64,000 bases of DNA, taken from contig CAUTNK010000007.1 in NCBI GenBank assembly GCA_963540065.1, positions 32,065-96,064 on the forward strand, given 5' to 3'. The position numbers and the translations under genes were made by a program. This document shows positions 1-12,900 of this stretch, in pieces (the first letter of the stretch is position 1; every line of letters starts with the position of its first letter). The DNA comes from an uncultured Bacteroidia bacterium (lineage in GTDB: Bacteria > Bacteroidota > Bacteroidia > Bacteroidales > CAJPTX01). Below the pieces are notes generated by a model that was not told where the DNA came from, ran no database searches, and saw only the letters and a list, made by a program, of their open reading frames with translations.

Positions 1-3000
1 TGTCGGGATCTTTAGGGATAAACTGAATTGTCGAGATCTGATTCGTTTTGTAGGTACCACTGCCACCTCCGTTGTCTGTGTAGATGAACGGCGAGCCAAC
101 AATACGTTTCTCAAAATAGGGGATGGGGACAACACCGCCGTCTGCTGCGGGTATCACGTAAGATATTGGGTGTACAACAACATCGCCCAAATTACGAACC
201 GAGAACTCCAGTTTATTGTCAGCAGGGTAGTTGTCTTCGGCAACTAGTACTTCCATCCGAACAGTAAATGCCTCACCAAACGGGTTGGGTGAAGAGAAAT
301 CTACGGGAATGAAAAGAGGTTTGCGCTCGTAGCCTTTCAATTCTTTTACTGGATAGGTGCTTACCCACTTGTCATTTACATAAACTCGGATGTCGCAGTT
401 GCTTACAGGGCGCGACGTTCGGTTCGAGAGTAGTATCTCAACTTTTTCTTTCCCTAGTTTGAAGGCATCCTTCATCGGGCGCAATTGTTGCAAGCTTACA
501 TTGGTTGTAGCATCAATGGGTTCTATGTAGATACCACGTAGACTAATTTCGTCGCTTGGTCCTTTACCGGCATGTTCCAACATAAGCGAATGCGTTTTAC
601 CGCCTTCCAGCAAATAAACCCAGTCTTCTACGCGCGCCGTACCGATTTGTTCCTCTACACCACGAATATCTTTTATAAGGGCGTTGTTATCCCAAATACG
701 GAAACGAGATGTGGTGAGCAGATCCTTGTTATTCAATGCCAACGAGCCGTGCAGACGGAACTGTAGCTTCTCGTTCGGAGCAAATGCAGTTAAGTCTATA
801 TTGCAGAAGGTTAGGCGCGACACGTTGTCGGCATTTTTCGTCATATCGAAATAATCGCTCTCGTCAAATGCATTGTTGATCTTTTGTACACCCATACGGA
901 ATACATTTGATCCCACAGGTGCATCAAAGGTTACAATCTTGTAACCGACATACGTATTCTTGCCGCCTTGCGTAATAAAATAGTCTGAGCCGCGCTTCTT
1001 AAAATTCTCGGCAAACGGAAGTGTCTCTTTCGTTATTTTTAGTGTCTGAGGTACGTCTGCACGAATAGCTTCGCTGCGTGCCACGTAAGTATCTTTTACA
1101 CGTATTGCTACGGCAAAATATACCGTGTTGCCTGTTGGAATCGAATTCTCAGGAATTGTGAAAACATTCGCATCCGCATTCTCCGTCCTTCCTATCGAGG
1201 TGTACTCGTGTTTCTGAGCATCCCATACGAGCACTTCGTAACCTTGACGTGCTAGCGGTATTGTATTCCACGAGAGTTGCCACCCTGAACGACCGCAAGA
1301 AGGCGTTTTGAGCCGTAAGTTTGTTGGTGAGGGTGCAATGGTAAATACTCCCTCCGAGTATATGATATTACCATTTTTATCTACCACACATACTTTAGCC
1401 TCGTTGGTAAGAGGCGCATTCTTAGGGAGCTGTATTTCCAGATGTGAACGTTGTGTCTTTACTTTTTTTAGCGTGTTAAACGTTTTGCCATTGTCGTAAG
1501 AGATCTCTACCGTGTAAGGGGCACTAATGTCTTGCAAGTGCAAATACATGGTTTGTGCAGGTGTATAGATATCTCCTACAGCAGGCGACAAGATCTTTCC
1601 TTCTTCAGAATCAAACCACCATGTAATAGCAAAGTTTTGCTTACCATTTGCTATGCCCTTGTTGCGTACGTGCAGGGTAATTGTTTCAACGCCCGTGAGC
1701 TCGTCTTTGGTGAGGGTTACTTGTTCGATGTTGTTACGATTGTCATCGCCTCGTTTTGCTTCATCGGTTACATGTCCTTTGGTAGGAGTAAGAATCCAAG
1801 GTTCGTAACTTTTCCCATTCACCTCGACGCGCAGGTCAAGGTCGTTTTGCAACACCTTCTCATCCCACGCATAATCTTTTATCGCCGTAGGGTCGTTCCA
1901 CGCCAACATAGCGCGTACGCCGCTGCTCCCTTTTGGTACGGTAATGCTTTGTGTAAAGTCCTTTCCCGTTTCGGCAACACCGTATGCAAAATACGCCTGC
2001 TCAATAGCTTTCACTGCTTTTGTCGCATTGAGAATTCCGTAACCGTACTGAAAATCAGGACCTTTGCGCCCAGCATCATCTGCAGTATTGGTACAAAGCG
2101 CTCTAACGAGGTCGCTGCGCATTTCCTCACCATTGTTCAGCTGTGCAAAACGTTCTGCTAGAAGCGCTAATGTCCCAGTTACTGTAGGACAAGCCATAGA
2201 GGTCCCAGTCTCTGACTGATAGTTAGGACCTGTCCAAGTACTCCAAACCTCTGTCCCCTTAGCTGCAATGAGTGGTGACAAACGACCGTCGCCTTGAGGT
2301 CCACAGCTGCTGAAAGAGCCTAAGCGCCCTTCGCCATCGGTCGCTGCTACGTAAAGCACATTTTTGGCACGTGTGGTTACTGTACCATAACCAGAAGTCC
2401 CCCAAAGTGCTTCTGTCTCAGAACTACAATGAGACTGATCATTCCCTGCAGCAAAAACGTGTGTTAGATAAGGCTCATCTACTGCTAACTGATCTAACAT
2501 ATAGTCCTGACTGCTGTAAAAGAATTCGTTGAGATAGGCGCAAAAAGGTTGAATGGTAATCCCGTACGAGTTTTGCGTAAACCCGATGCCGAACTTTTCA
2601 CGCGCGATACGCATCTCTTCGGGGGCATAGAGACCATTCGACTGACGATTGAAATTGTACGTATATGCCTCAGCTGCGGGCGCCATACCTTGCATTGAGG
2701 CATTCAGCAGTCCACTGCCTAACACTGTGCCTGCCACGTGTGTCCCATGTGACTCGTTGCCATCAGCTAATTCATATTCTTGAACGTGAACTCTGTTGTC
2801 AAAATCTGGATGCCAAACGACGTTTCCGTCCCAGATCCCGATCTTCTGTCCACGACCACGAAGATCATAACCGCCTGCAATAGTGGGGCGTTTTAGTACC
2901 ACCGCTCCACTGAGTCGTGCTCCGTGCTGATTCCAAAGTGTAGAAGGAGCATCTATCAAGCGCAGAGCATTTGCCCACGGATATGAGGCTAAACGTGTAA

Positions 3001-3553
3001 AATCAGAGCTTGATACCTCCAGTTCTGCCAGACGGAAGAGCTCGGAAACGGAACGCACCTTGTAGCCCTCCGCTTGCAACAGGTTGCGCACCTCTGTGCC
3101 CGAAATATTTGCTGCATAGTGCAATACAATTTTTACGAGACCAGTTGCAGTGCGTGCATACGTGGGAATGGTATTATTCTGCAAGTTCGGATGGATTTTC
3201 CATGAGCTTTCTACGGGAACAACCGAGCGTATATTGAATTTAGCAAGTGGAGAGAGTTTAGTTCCCTTTGTAATAGTTGCATAATAGGCTTTGCTGCCCA
3301 AATAGTCTTCTAAGACTACTCCTTGTCGCCTCAGACTTTCCAGATCTGTAGTTTTTGGCAATGTTGTAAACTGGAGGAGTACATTGTGTTTGCCATGTGT
3401 TGCGACTCCGAGCTCTTGTTGCTTGCGGAGTGAGACATTGTCTGGCGGTATAAAACTTTGTCCGCCCAGAGTTACGCGCTCCTGCGCGAAACTTTGCATT
3501 GGGAGTAATACCCATAATGCAAAACAGAGATACCAACTAAATTTTCTCTTCAT
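1..3553 (-). CDS. Giant secreted S8 (subtilisin-like) serine peptidase, N-terminal 1184 codons only; the 3' end lies beyond the left window edge
   Basis: Absent from the ORF track because it has no in-window stop. Manual translation of the minus strand from ATG 3553..3551 stays open to position 2. It begins MKRKFSWYLCFALWVLLPMQSFAQE (signal peptide). Catalytic motifs follow: GIWDGNVVWHPDF (Asp), HGTHVAGTVLG (His), GTSMACPTVTG (Ser), then AWNDP and NNIEQVTL. It is collinear with the product of 3953..13477. Confidence 0.85.
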   Translation of the reverse strand, partial: MKRKFSWYLCFALWVLLPMQSFAQERVTLGGQSFIPPDNVSLRKQQELGVATHGKHNVLLQFTTLPKTTDLESLRRQGVVLEDYLGSKAYYATITKGTKLSPLAKFNIRSVVPVESSWKIHPNLQNNTIPTYARTATGLVKIVLHYAANISGTEVRNLLQAEGYKVRSVSELFRLAELEVSSSDFTRLASYPWANALRLIDAPSTLWNQHGARLSGAVVLKRPTIAGGYDLRGRGQKIGIWDGNVVWHPDFDNRVHVQEYELADGNESHGTHVAGTVLGSGLLNASMQGMAPAAEAYTYNFNRQSNGLYAPEEMRIAREKFGIGFTQNSYGITIQPFCAYLNEFFYSSQDYMLDQLAVDEPYLTHVFAAGNDQSHCSSETEALWGTSGYGTVTTRAKNVLYVAATDGEGRLGSFSSCGPQGDGRLSPLIAAKGTEVWSTWTGPNYQSETGTSMACPTVTGTLALLAERFAQLNNGEEMRSDLVRALCTNTADDAGRKGPDFQYGYGILNATKAVKAIEQAYFAYGVAETGKDFTQSITVPKGSSGVRAMLAWNDPTAIKDYAWDEKVLQNDLDLRVEVNGKSYEPWILTPTKGHVTDEAKRGDDNRNNIEQVTLTKDELTGVETITLHVRNKGIANGKQNFAITWWFDSEEGKILSPAVGDIYTPAQTMYLHLQDISAPYTVEISYDNGKTFNTLKKVKTQRSHLEIQLPKNAPLTNEAKVCVVDKNGNIIYSEGVFTIAPSPTNLRLKTPSCGRSGWQLSWNTIPLARQGYEVLVWDAQKHEYTSIGRTENADANVFTIPENSIPTGNTVYFAVAIRVKDTYVARSEAIRADVPQTLKITKETLPFAENFKKRGSDYFITQGGKNTYVGYKIVTFDAPVGSNVFRMGVQKINNAFDESDYFDMTKNADNVSRLTFCNIDLTAFAPNEKLQFRLHGSLALNNKDLLTTSRFRIWDNNALIKDIRGVEEQIGTARVEDWVYLLEGGKTHSLMLEHAGKGPSDEISLRGIYIEPIDATTNVSLQQLRPMKDAFKLGKEKVEILLSNRTSRPVSNCDIRVYVNDKWVSTYPVKELKGYERKPLFIPVDFSSPNPFGEAFTVRMEVLVAEDNYPADNKLEFSVRNLGDVVVHPISYVIPAADGGVVPIPYFEKRIVGSPFIYTDNGGGSGTYKTNQISTIQFIPKDPD

Positions 3554-3952
3554 ACTGAATATATATTATTATGAGTCGTTTTGACCTTATTTGTATCGCT
3601 AACCTTTTTGTTTGCAGAGTAAATCCTCCTCTCCATGGGGCGGCATAGTCCTTTTCTTTCAGTTTCAGGAGTAAATATAAGCAAAAAAGGAATGCTACGG
3701 TTTTCGCTTCAGAATGTTACCTTGTTCAACAAAAAGTGGAATGTAATTTGTGGTATTTATAGAAGAAAGCACCTTTGAACAAACAGGTCTTGTGTTATGT
3801 TTTTTTTTGAGTGGAATTTAGTTTTAGGAATTGTATAATAGATCGTTAGGTTGATATTTTTTCGATTGTTATAAGATCTAGTGTGTTAGGAATTATGTGT
3901 TTGACCCCGTTTTTTTTATTTGACGGGGATGTGATATAATTTTATTAGTACA

Positions 3953-6900
3953 GTGATGAGGAAGTGGTATATCTTTTTACTCATCCTCCTGTTTGCACCT
4001 ATATGGGCTTTCGCGCAGGAGTGGGTAGAGCTGAATGGTGTCCGCTTTATTCCGGAGCCGAATGTAGCGCTTCGTGGTAAGGGCACTTGGATGGAATTAG
4101 GACGCGAACAATCCGTTTTAGTGCAATTTAAGGAAATCCCGAATGCCAAGGAGATAGCCCTCTGGGAAGCTAAAGGTGGTAAGTTGCTGAGTTATCTGGG
4201 CGGGAATGCATACTACGCCGTTTTGCCGAGTGCGAAGCTAGAAAACTCTAAGTTACGTTCGGTTATGCCACTGAAACTAGAATGGAAGGTGGCGCCCGAA
4301 TTACTAGTAAAGGATACTTCTGCAAAGCTATTGCCCGAAAAAGTGGAGCGTGAACGTATTTCATTGAATTTTGCACCAACGGTTAGCACCGAACAGATTA
4401 AGGCGTCGATCGCAGCACTGGGCTCTATCGTCTCATTTAGCGAAACTTTTGCTACGTGTACTGCAGAAGTGCCTAAAGAAAATATAGCGAAATTGGCAGC
4501 TTTGCCTTGGGTGCTCACGGTTGCAAAAGCTGAACAAGAACAAGAATTGCTCAACTACAGTGGTCGTGTTTTGGGGCGTGCCTCGGTACTTAATATTCCT
4601 ACGCAATTAGGCGGTAGAGGTCTGAAGGGAGAAGGAATACGTATCGGGATCTGGGATGGTAATGTAGTTTGGCATCCGGATTTTGGCGATCGTATCCATG
4701 TTCAAGAAAATGAGAGTGCCGATGCTGCTGCGGCACGACACGGAACACACGTAGCGGGCTCTGTGCTCGGAGCTGGAGTATTGGATCCTTTGGGGCGAGG
4801 TATGGCACCACGCGCAGAGGCTTATACTTGGAATTTCAATATTAACTCCAACGGCTTGAGTATGCAGGAGGAGATGGATATATCGCAGTATAAGTATGGT
4901 ATTACACTTACACAAAATTCGTACGGACGCTATATTGCACAGATTTGTTCCTTGTACAAAGAGTTGATCAATCAGCAGAGCGATTACGAGTTAGATATCC
5001 TGACAAATGCAATCCCGACCCTAACACATGTTTTTTCGGCAGGAAACGACCAAGGTGCCTGTTTTACTGCAACAGAAGATGCATGGGGAGTTATCAATTA
5101 TGGTCTTTCGAGTCGTAGAGCTAAAAACATCATTAACGTCGGAGCAGTAGACGAGCAAGGGCGAATGACAAGTTTTAGTTCTTGGGGTCCGCAGGACGAC
5201 GGGCGCGTATTCCCTACCATCTGTGCCAAAGGACAAGCAGTCTACAGTGTGCAAGCCTTGGGGGGCTATACTCGCGAAAACGGCACTTCCATGGCATGTC
5301 CTACAGTCACGGGGCACCTAGCGCTACTACAAGAACGCTATAAACAAATACATAACGGGGAAGAAATTCGTAACGATCTGTTACGTGCCATAGTAGCAAA
5401 TACTGCAGACGATGCTGGACGTCAACACGTCGATTTTCAGTTCGGTTATGGTATTATGAATGCCGAACATGCTGTGGTAGCCATAGAGAAAAAATGGTGG
5501 TATACCGATAAAATTAGTAATGGAGAAACGGCAAAACCTGTAAAGATAAACGTTCCGGTAGGTACGAAAGCGCTACGGGTGATGATGGCATGGAACGATC
5601 CACCTGCGCAAAAGCTCTATAAGTATGGCGAGTCGATTATGCTTAACGATCTCGATCTAGAGGTTAAGGTCGGCAATAAGACATTTTTACCATGGGTTCT
5701 TAATACTGAAAAAGGAAAGGTAGAAGAGGTTGCAACGCGTAAGCCAGATCGTCTCAACAACATGGAACAAGTAACTCTAGACCTGAGCGAATTGAATGGA
5801 GTTACTGAGGTTGAGATTTTGGTGAAAGGGCAGCGAGTTGTAAATGGCTTGCAACCCTATGCGGTTACCTATTACTTAGAAGAGGATAAGAATCCGCGTA
5901 TCGTATGGCCGAATGCCGGCGATGTATTAGAACCAGGTACTCTTTATCGTGCGATTCTGGAAGGTATTACGGGTTCGTTTCGAGTTGCATTCTCCAGCGA
6001 TGCGGGGCAGTCGTATACCGATTTAATATCAGGGACTAAAACCTCTACTTCCGAAATTTTCTTGCTTCCGGCAGATACTCCTGCGAGTAGTACGGCACAA
6101 TTGCGTTTGACCGACGCATCCGGAAAGACCTACACAACGCCCTATTTTACATTAGCGCCTCGTGTAAGAGGGGTCGTACTTGAAAGCAAGTCCTGTGATG
6201 CAAAAGGTTGGAAGCTCTCTTGGGAGAAGAACGATCGTATCGCAAAGTATACTGTACTCCTGCGCAACGAAGCAGAAGATACTTGGGATATTGTAAAGGA
6301 GGGAATTGTAGAAACTGAATTCCTGATTCCAGAAGAGATCGCAAAACGTTATGATCGTCCGATATTATCGGTAGCTGCTACGACGGATCCCGGGAGTTAC
6401 GGCATACGTTCAGAAGCCGTGCAAGCTAAGGTATCGCATCCAATCACAGCAAAACAGCAGTTGCCATTTGTTGAAACCTTTATTCGTACCCCATCGGCTT
6501 TCCTTAAACCTGTTGAGGTGGGCAATGAGATTGCAACATTCTATCGTTCGGTCACTTTTGCAGACGATGCTCCGAAGGGATCGAATATGTTTGGTTGTAA
6601 CCTAACGAGCACTAATTCTAAGGTACAGACAGATGCAGATTACTTCGATGTGGGCGTGAATGCCGAGTATATGGCTCTTTTCCAGATTTGTGAAATAGAC
6701 CTAACCAACAAGCCAGATATGCGTTTGTTGATTGAAGGTGCTTTGATCGATGCAAGCTCTGATACTCCGAGTACAGCACGCTTTAAACTGGAGGATAATG
6801 GTGTAGTATTGCCAAGTCAGTACGATCGTCCGGACAATATTCAGAAGAATTTTGTGGATTATACCAAATGGTACTTCCGACTAAAAGGCGGCACAAAGCA

Positions 6901-9900
6901 TACCCTAAAACTTACATTTGCAGGGAGTAAAGCTAAAGATGCATTGGCTATTACGCGCTTAGCTGTCGAACCATTTACGACAGTGCTGGATCTGACGCTA
7001 GAAGAGCAGGAACGCCCTGAGGATAAGCTTCGTATGGGTAAAGAGCAGTACGTAGTGCGTCTAATGAATTTGAGCGATGTTGAGGCAAAAAATGTAGAAA
7101 TCCGTGCATATGTAAACGACGAACTACAAGCCTCAGAAAAGGTGGAATCCCTTGCGCCACAGAACCAGAAAGATGTAGTATTTATGCTCAATTTTGCTAC
7201 CGATTTCGAACTCGGCGAACGAAAGGATATTCGTTGTGAGATAATATGCAAAGAGGATAAGAATCTGGATAACAACACACTACTATCGCATGTCAACAAT
7301 CTCGGTCGTGTCGTTGTACACGAAAAGACGGTGAAGCGAGAAGTGCCGATCTACGGACTTGTGAAAAAGGATCCGAAGCTAGTTTACCACTTATCAAAAC
7401 CCATTATATATACCGATAATGGAGGAGCATTGGGGCCTTACTTGCGTGGCGAGATTTCCACGATGAAGTTCCTACCGCCCGATCCGTCGCTTCGAGTACG
7501 TCTGACTTTTACGCAATTTAATACATCAAAAGGCGAGGCTATTTTAGCCATTTATACGAGCGATGTGCCACAACACCCCGAGTTAGATATATCAAACACG
7601 CGTATCCGAAGTATACTGACAGGAGATTTGGACGAAGAGCAGCTCTCCTTTGTCTCAGAGGCGAAGGATGGTGGTATTACGGTGCATTTCCTGTCAGCTA
7701 ATAATGCAGATCTCGGAAAGGGTTGGATTGCGAAAGTTGACTTCGTTCCAGCCACGAATGCCCTAACCTTGGTGTCGGCTACTGCTAAAGGGAAAGGTAC
7801 AGATCCGGAAGGGGAGGTACCTGTTGTAGCACACGTGCGCAATAATTGGGATAAGCCGCTTACGGGGGTTAATCTTTTAGTATGGGATGGCGAAAAGTAT
7901 TATTTGCGTTTGTTTGATCAAACGCTACAGCCCGGAGACAACACGATAACTTTCCCTGATAAGTTTACAGTGCCGCTTACAAAGAGTAGAGTGGTATCGA
8001 TTTACGTCGAGGCTGCAGAGGATTACGACGGTTCCGACAACGAATTGCCGCTTGTAGTAGGTTACGATAAATATTGTATCCCCGGTTCGATAAAAGATGT
8101 AACAAGCTGTAAACTCGCAGGAATAACAGTAAACAATCAAGTTGTTAGCTATCTTCAACCAAACGTGGGTCGGTTGATGTATATGAGCAAAGATTTGAAG
8201 CCGAAATCCTTTGCGCCATTTGATATTTATTTAGCACTGGGTAAGGTAGATGCGCACTTCTCACTGGAATACGAAGACGCGATTACCGATAAATCGTTAG
8301 GCATTTGGATAGATTGGAACGATAATGGTGAGTTCGAGGAGAGTGAAAAGCTTGTAGCAGAAATTGGCGAAAATGAATATACAAAAACGCTGACTATAAA
8401 TATTCCTGCAGGTACAAAGCCGGGCGAGCGACGCATGCGTGTTATCTTTAGCGATAAGGCGAGTGTAAACAAGGGAACGTGTAACGAAGCGAGTTTATCT
8501 TACGGCGACATGCGAGATTTCTTCTTAAATGTAATGCCAGGAGACGACCCAACCATCGGTGATATTGACCTAGTATCGGTAAATGCGGGTATTTCCGGAC
8601 ATGATCTCTCGAATGAACAAGAAGTAAAACTTGAGCTGCGAAATCTATCCAAAACACCATTTACGGGTAAAGTAACCATAACATTATCGCTTGACGGGGA
8701 TGTGAAGGGCACGCAAGAGATAGATTGCACTTCTGCGCCTTGGGTAGCGAATGGGAAGAAAAGCATAACCCTAACAACTAAATTAGATTTGTCGCCTGCT
8801 GGTACGCATAAAGTGAAAGTTGAGATAGATGAAAAGGGAGCTGAGGCAACAAAAGCCAATAATGTGAAAGAGTTGGAAATAGTCTCGATACAGGACGGGC
8901 AGGCATTCCGAGCTATTCGTTTCTTGGGGGCGACGCACGAAGCGGAAAATCCTAAAAACTTGGAATACATCAGTATGAAACCGCTCGGTAAGACCTTAGG
9001 ACGTTACGAAGAGGTAACCCGATTGGTAGAAATGGTGGTGAAGATGGATAAGCCTGCAAATACATTCTTTATGCAATCGGAAAATCTTGCCCTCCGTGCG
9101 GTGTACGGCCTAGAAGGGCAAACTGGTGTAAAGGACGGATCGCTTGTCTTCTTAGTAGGTTCGGAATTACTACTCTTTACCAAAGAGCCGGTACTTACGC
9201 CAGGTGTATGGCAGCATATTGCAGTGGCAGTGTACAATATAGAAAGTCCGGATTTGGGCTACCAGGGACGTTGCGATGTAGATGTCTATATTAATGGAGA
9301 AAAGGTCGAGGTACAGAAGACTGGGGTGGAGGTTCCGAATTTTAATAATTTGCAGATCTGTCGTCGTCTTGACGGTCAGGTAGCTCTCTTCCGTATCTCA
9401 CAAAAGTTAAATACAAAGATTAAAGAAGATATGTTCCGCTACAATTTGGATATCGCCAGATTGGAAGCAGAATATCGTTTCAATGAAGGAAAAGATTACC
9501 AGACGGTATACTCGCGACAGAAAGGGAATAAGGTCTACGAGGCGCAATTGATACTAGCTGACCCTAATAGCGTGAATGCTACAGGAGAGAACGCGGTATG
9601 GCAGGATATCCCACTCGATAAGCTCTTCTATCGCATACGAATTGCTAATCAACAGGGCGATTGGACATGGGATGCTACACAGAAGCGCTACGTAGTAAAA
9701 TTCCCGAAGGAATTAGATCCGGAACTACTAAAAACACTGAACTTTGAAGCGGTACAGACGCTGTGGCCCAATGCTAAGTTGCAATTAGATGGTGCAGACT
9801 TAACCGATTTCTCTACACAGACCATAGACCTAAGTGAAGGCAAGGAAATTACGCTGAAAGCCTCTTGCAATGTCTTTGGGCACGATATCGAGGAAACTGT

Positions 9901-12900
9901 AAAAATTGTAAGCGAGATAGATAAATCGGCACACTTTAAGCCAGAAAAGCTACAGCTCCTTATGAGTAAAAATGCAGGGCTAAAGCAAGACCTAAATATC
10001 GATATCTACGACCTGATTTACGTGGATCTGGATCAAACTACCGGAATCCCTACCGATCTCAGCAAAGTAGTATTTACATTTACTTTACCGACTGGTGCAA
10101 AGGCTACATATAGGGGGCAACCATTGGTGAGCGATGAAACACCGGTAGATTTGAATAAATCGGCACTTATAACCATAACGGCAGAAAATGGTGTGCAGCA
10201 TCAGTATGAGATCCAACTGCGTATAGCCCAAAAGATTGAAAATTGGACCCCTGAAGCACTGACATATGTGTATGGCGATAAGCTAGATGCTACTAACAAT
10301 CCGTTGAAGGCTACAGCAACCTCAGGTTTGCCGATCAATTATATTACTACGGATCCGAAAGTTGTAATAGCGTTGGATGGAGAACTGCATATTACGGGTG
10401 TTGGTGAAGCGATGCTTTATCCGATACAGAAGGGTAACGAGATCTATAGAAAGGCAGAAGGCGTAGTAAAAAAAGTTACGGTGAACAAGAAAGCGGTAAC
10501 ACTAACTTGTACACAGAAAGCGTACTATAGCGAGCCGATAGATTGGGAATACACCTACGACGGTTTAGTAGCTGCTGCCGATGCGTATCGGATGCCATCG
10601 CCGTGGGAAATGGGCGCTTATACCATCAAGGATGCCGATGGAAAAGAGTTTGCACCAGACGACTTACTTCCAGTTGGTAAATATAAGTTGGAGGTAAAGA
10701 AAGCTTCCTATACCACGGAGAAGTATAATGTCTCTGTAAAAGAAGGAACGCTGGAAGTTCTTCCGTCAAAGCATTACGTGCCACTGGTTTGCACAGTGAA
10801 AGACGAACAGGGAACGACCTTATCGGGAGTAACAATTGCGCTTAATGCGACTCATTACACGACAGACGCGAATGGTACGCTTACCTTATCTTTCATGAAG
10901 GGAGAGCAGCTAGCATGGTATGTATTCAAAGAAGGCTATGCGAAGGAGAATGGATCGATTAAGATTGGCGATGCTGAAACAAATCTGGACGTGGTTCTGA
11001 AAACAACCACGATAGTCGTAAAATACGAAGTAGATGCAACTACCCCACAAGGGAGCCTGATAGGAGATCTAGAACAACACTTAGTACCTGGAGCTACAAC
11101 GACAATGATCCGAGCAATACCACAGGTTGGCTTTGTGTTTGATCAGTGGAGCGATGGTAAGAAAGATGTGCTGCGTGTAGATGCCGATGTAAAAGAGTCG
11201 ATGACGTTGAAAGCTAAGTTCCGTCCCGCAGTATACAAAGTTCGCTATACACTCGGCGAAGGCGGGAAATGGAAGAGCGATCCCACACTGGCTACTCAAG
11301 ATGTAGAGGGCGGTGCGAATGCGAAACCCGTTGAGGTGGAGGCTGCTGATGCCGATCATTACTTCATACGGTGGAGCGATGATAAGTTAGAAACGAATCG
11401 TGAGGATACGAATATCCAAGGCGATATAGAGCTGGTGGCAGAGTTCGGTACTTATTTGACATTGCCACAAACTATGGACTTTGAGGAGGGTGCCTTTACC
11501 AAGTCGTGGTACCCCTTAGCAGAAGGTCCGAAAGAGGGTAAATTCCGTATAGAAACGCGTCCGCAGCTTACCGATAATAGCCAGAGAGTGGCATTGGATG
11601 GTTACTTTGCCGCATCTACCTCATTCTTGGTAACAGGAGGTAGAGTAAAGACATCGTTGTATTCAACGCGTTACAAGGTAGATGTTACTTCAGACAATCT
11701 TGAAGTCGCTTATACCTATTACTTCCCCGTGCGTTCTTTGGTAAATTCGCCCAAGGCTTTATTAGAATATACAGTGGATGGTACGACCTGGCTACAGCTT
11801 AAAGAGATCGGTAGAATACTTTACGGGACAGAGCCTAAAAAGGACGTAGTTACTGTAGAGAATGCAAAATTTGCTGGTAAAGAGTGGATTCAATTCCGTT
11901 GGACTTATGATGCGGAGAATGATTACTCCTTCTTGCTCGATAATATAGCTATCTATGTCAAAGAGACTTCGAAACAGCTAACGTATACCTATGTGAGTGA
12001 GCCAGCAGCCGCGGGATCATTTACACAGAGAGTTAAGCATCCGATCTTTGGAATTGAGCAAGATAAACCAGTTACAGCGCCCGTAAAATTCAACGTTGGT
12101 GATGTTCCGGGCGTGCTGACAGCGAAAGCAAACGATGGTTGGAAATTTTCGTACTGGAAGGAAACCGGGAGCTCAGATCCTGTTGTAAGCTTTATATATC
12201 CAGCCATTGAAGATAAAACGTATACCGCAGTATTCCGTAGTACCAGCAAAGCGCTGATTACCTATAAGGCGGTATATGCCGAGGGAGGAACCTTTAAGGT
12301 GAACGGAGTGCCGAGTACTCAGCAAGAGGTTGAGATAGATAAGGATGCGCTCCCCGTCGAAGCTGTTGCAAATCCGGGTTATATGTTTGAGCGTTGGGAA
12401 AATGGTTCTACAAATCCCACGCGAGAGTTGAAGAATGTGAAAAAAGATATGCAACTCGTTGCAACCTTTGTAAAGAGAGAGTATAAGGTGAATTTCTATG
12501 TTACAGCTGAAGGTATGCCAATTAAAAATGCAACCGTAAAACTGGACAAGGATATTCGCAAAACCGATGAGCAGGGAGTTGTAACGCTAAGTCTACCTCA
12601 GGGTAAGTACGACTACGAGGTTTTTGCTACAGGTTATAGGCAAGTGATGGCTGAGCTGGAGGTTAAGGATCAGGATCTTACCGTAGCTCTGGATCTGAAA
12701 TCGAATAAACTAGATAGGGTTGTATTACTTACTCTGAAAGTGCAAAATGAGGATAATTATCCCGTGGCTGACGCAGAGGTTACCCTAGGTACTTATGCAA
12801 CTAGGAAGACTTCGGCTGCAGGGCTTCTGACGCTACAACCAGCTGCGGACAAGACCTATACGCTTTCTATACAGCATCCGCTCTACGATACACAGAGTGA

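Noticed and set aside
572-3584. Plus- and minus-strand ORF-track entries in the first 3.6 kb (for example 1532..2161 +, 3258..3536 -).
   Set aside because: All lie inside or out of frame with the continuous minus-strand S8 peptidase frame (3553->2). Their products are low-complexity and Cys/Arg-rich, without motifs.
3905-3928. CCCCG / CGGGG hairpin with a T8 tract as a terminator upstream of the giant peptidase gene.
   Set aside because: The stem is only 5 bp with a 14-nt loop. The T tract lies in the loop, not after the stem, and no gene ends upstream in that orientation.
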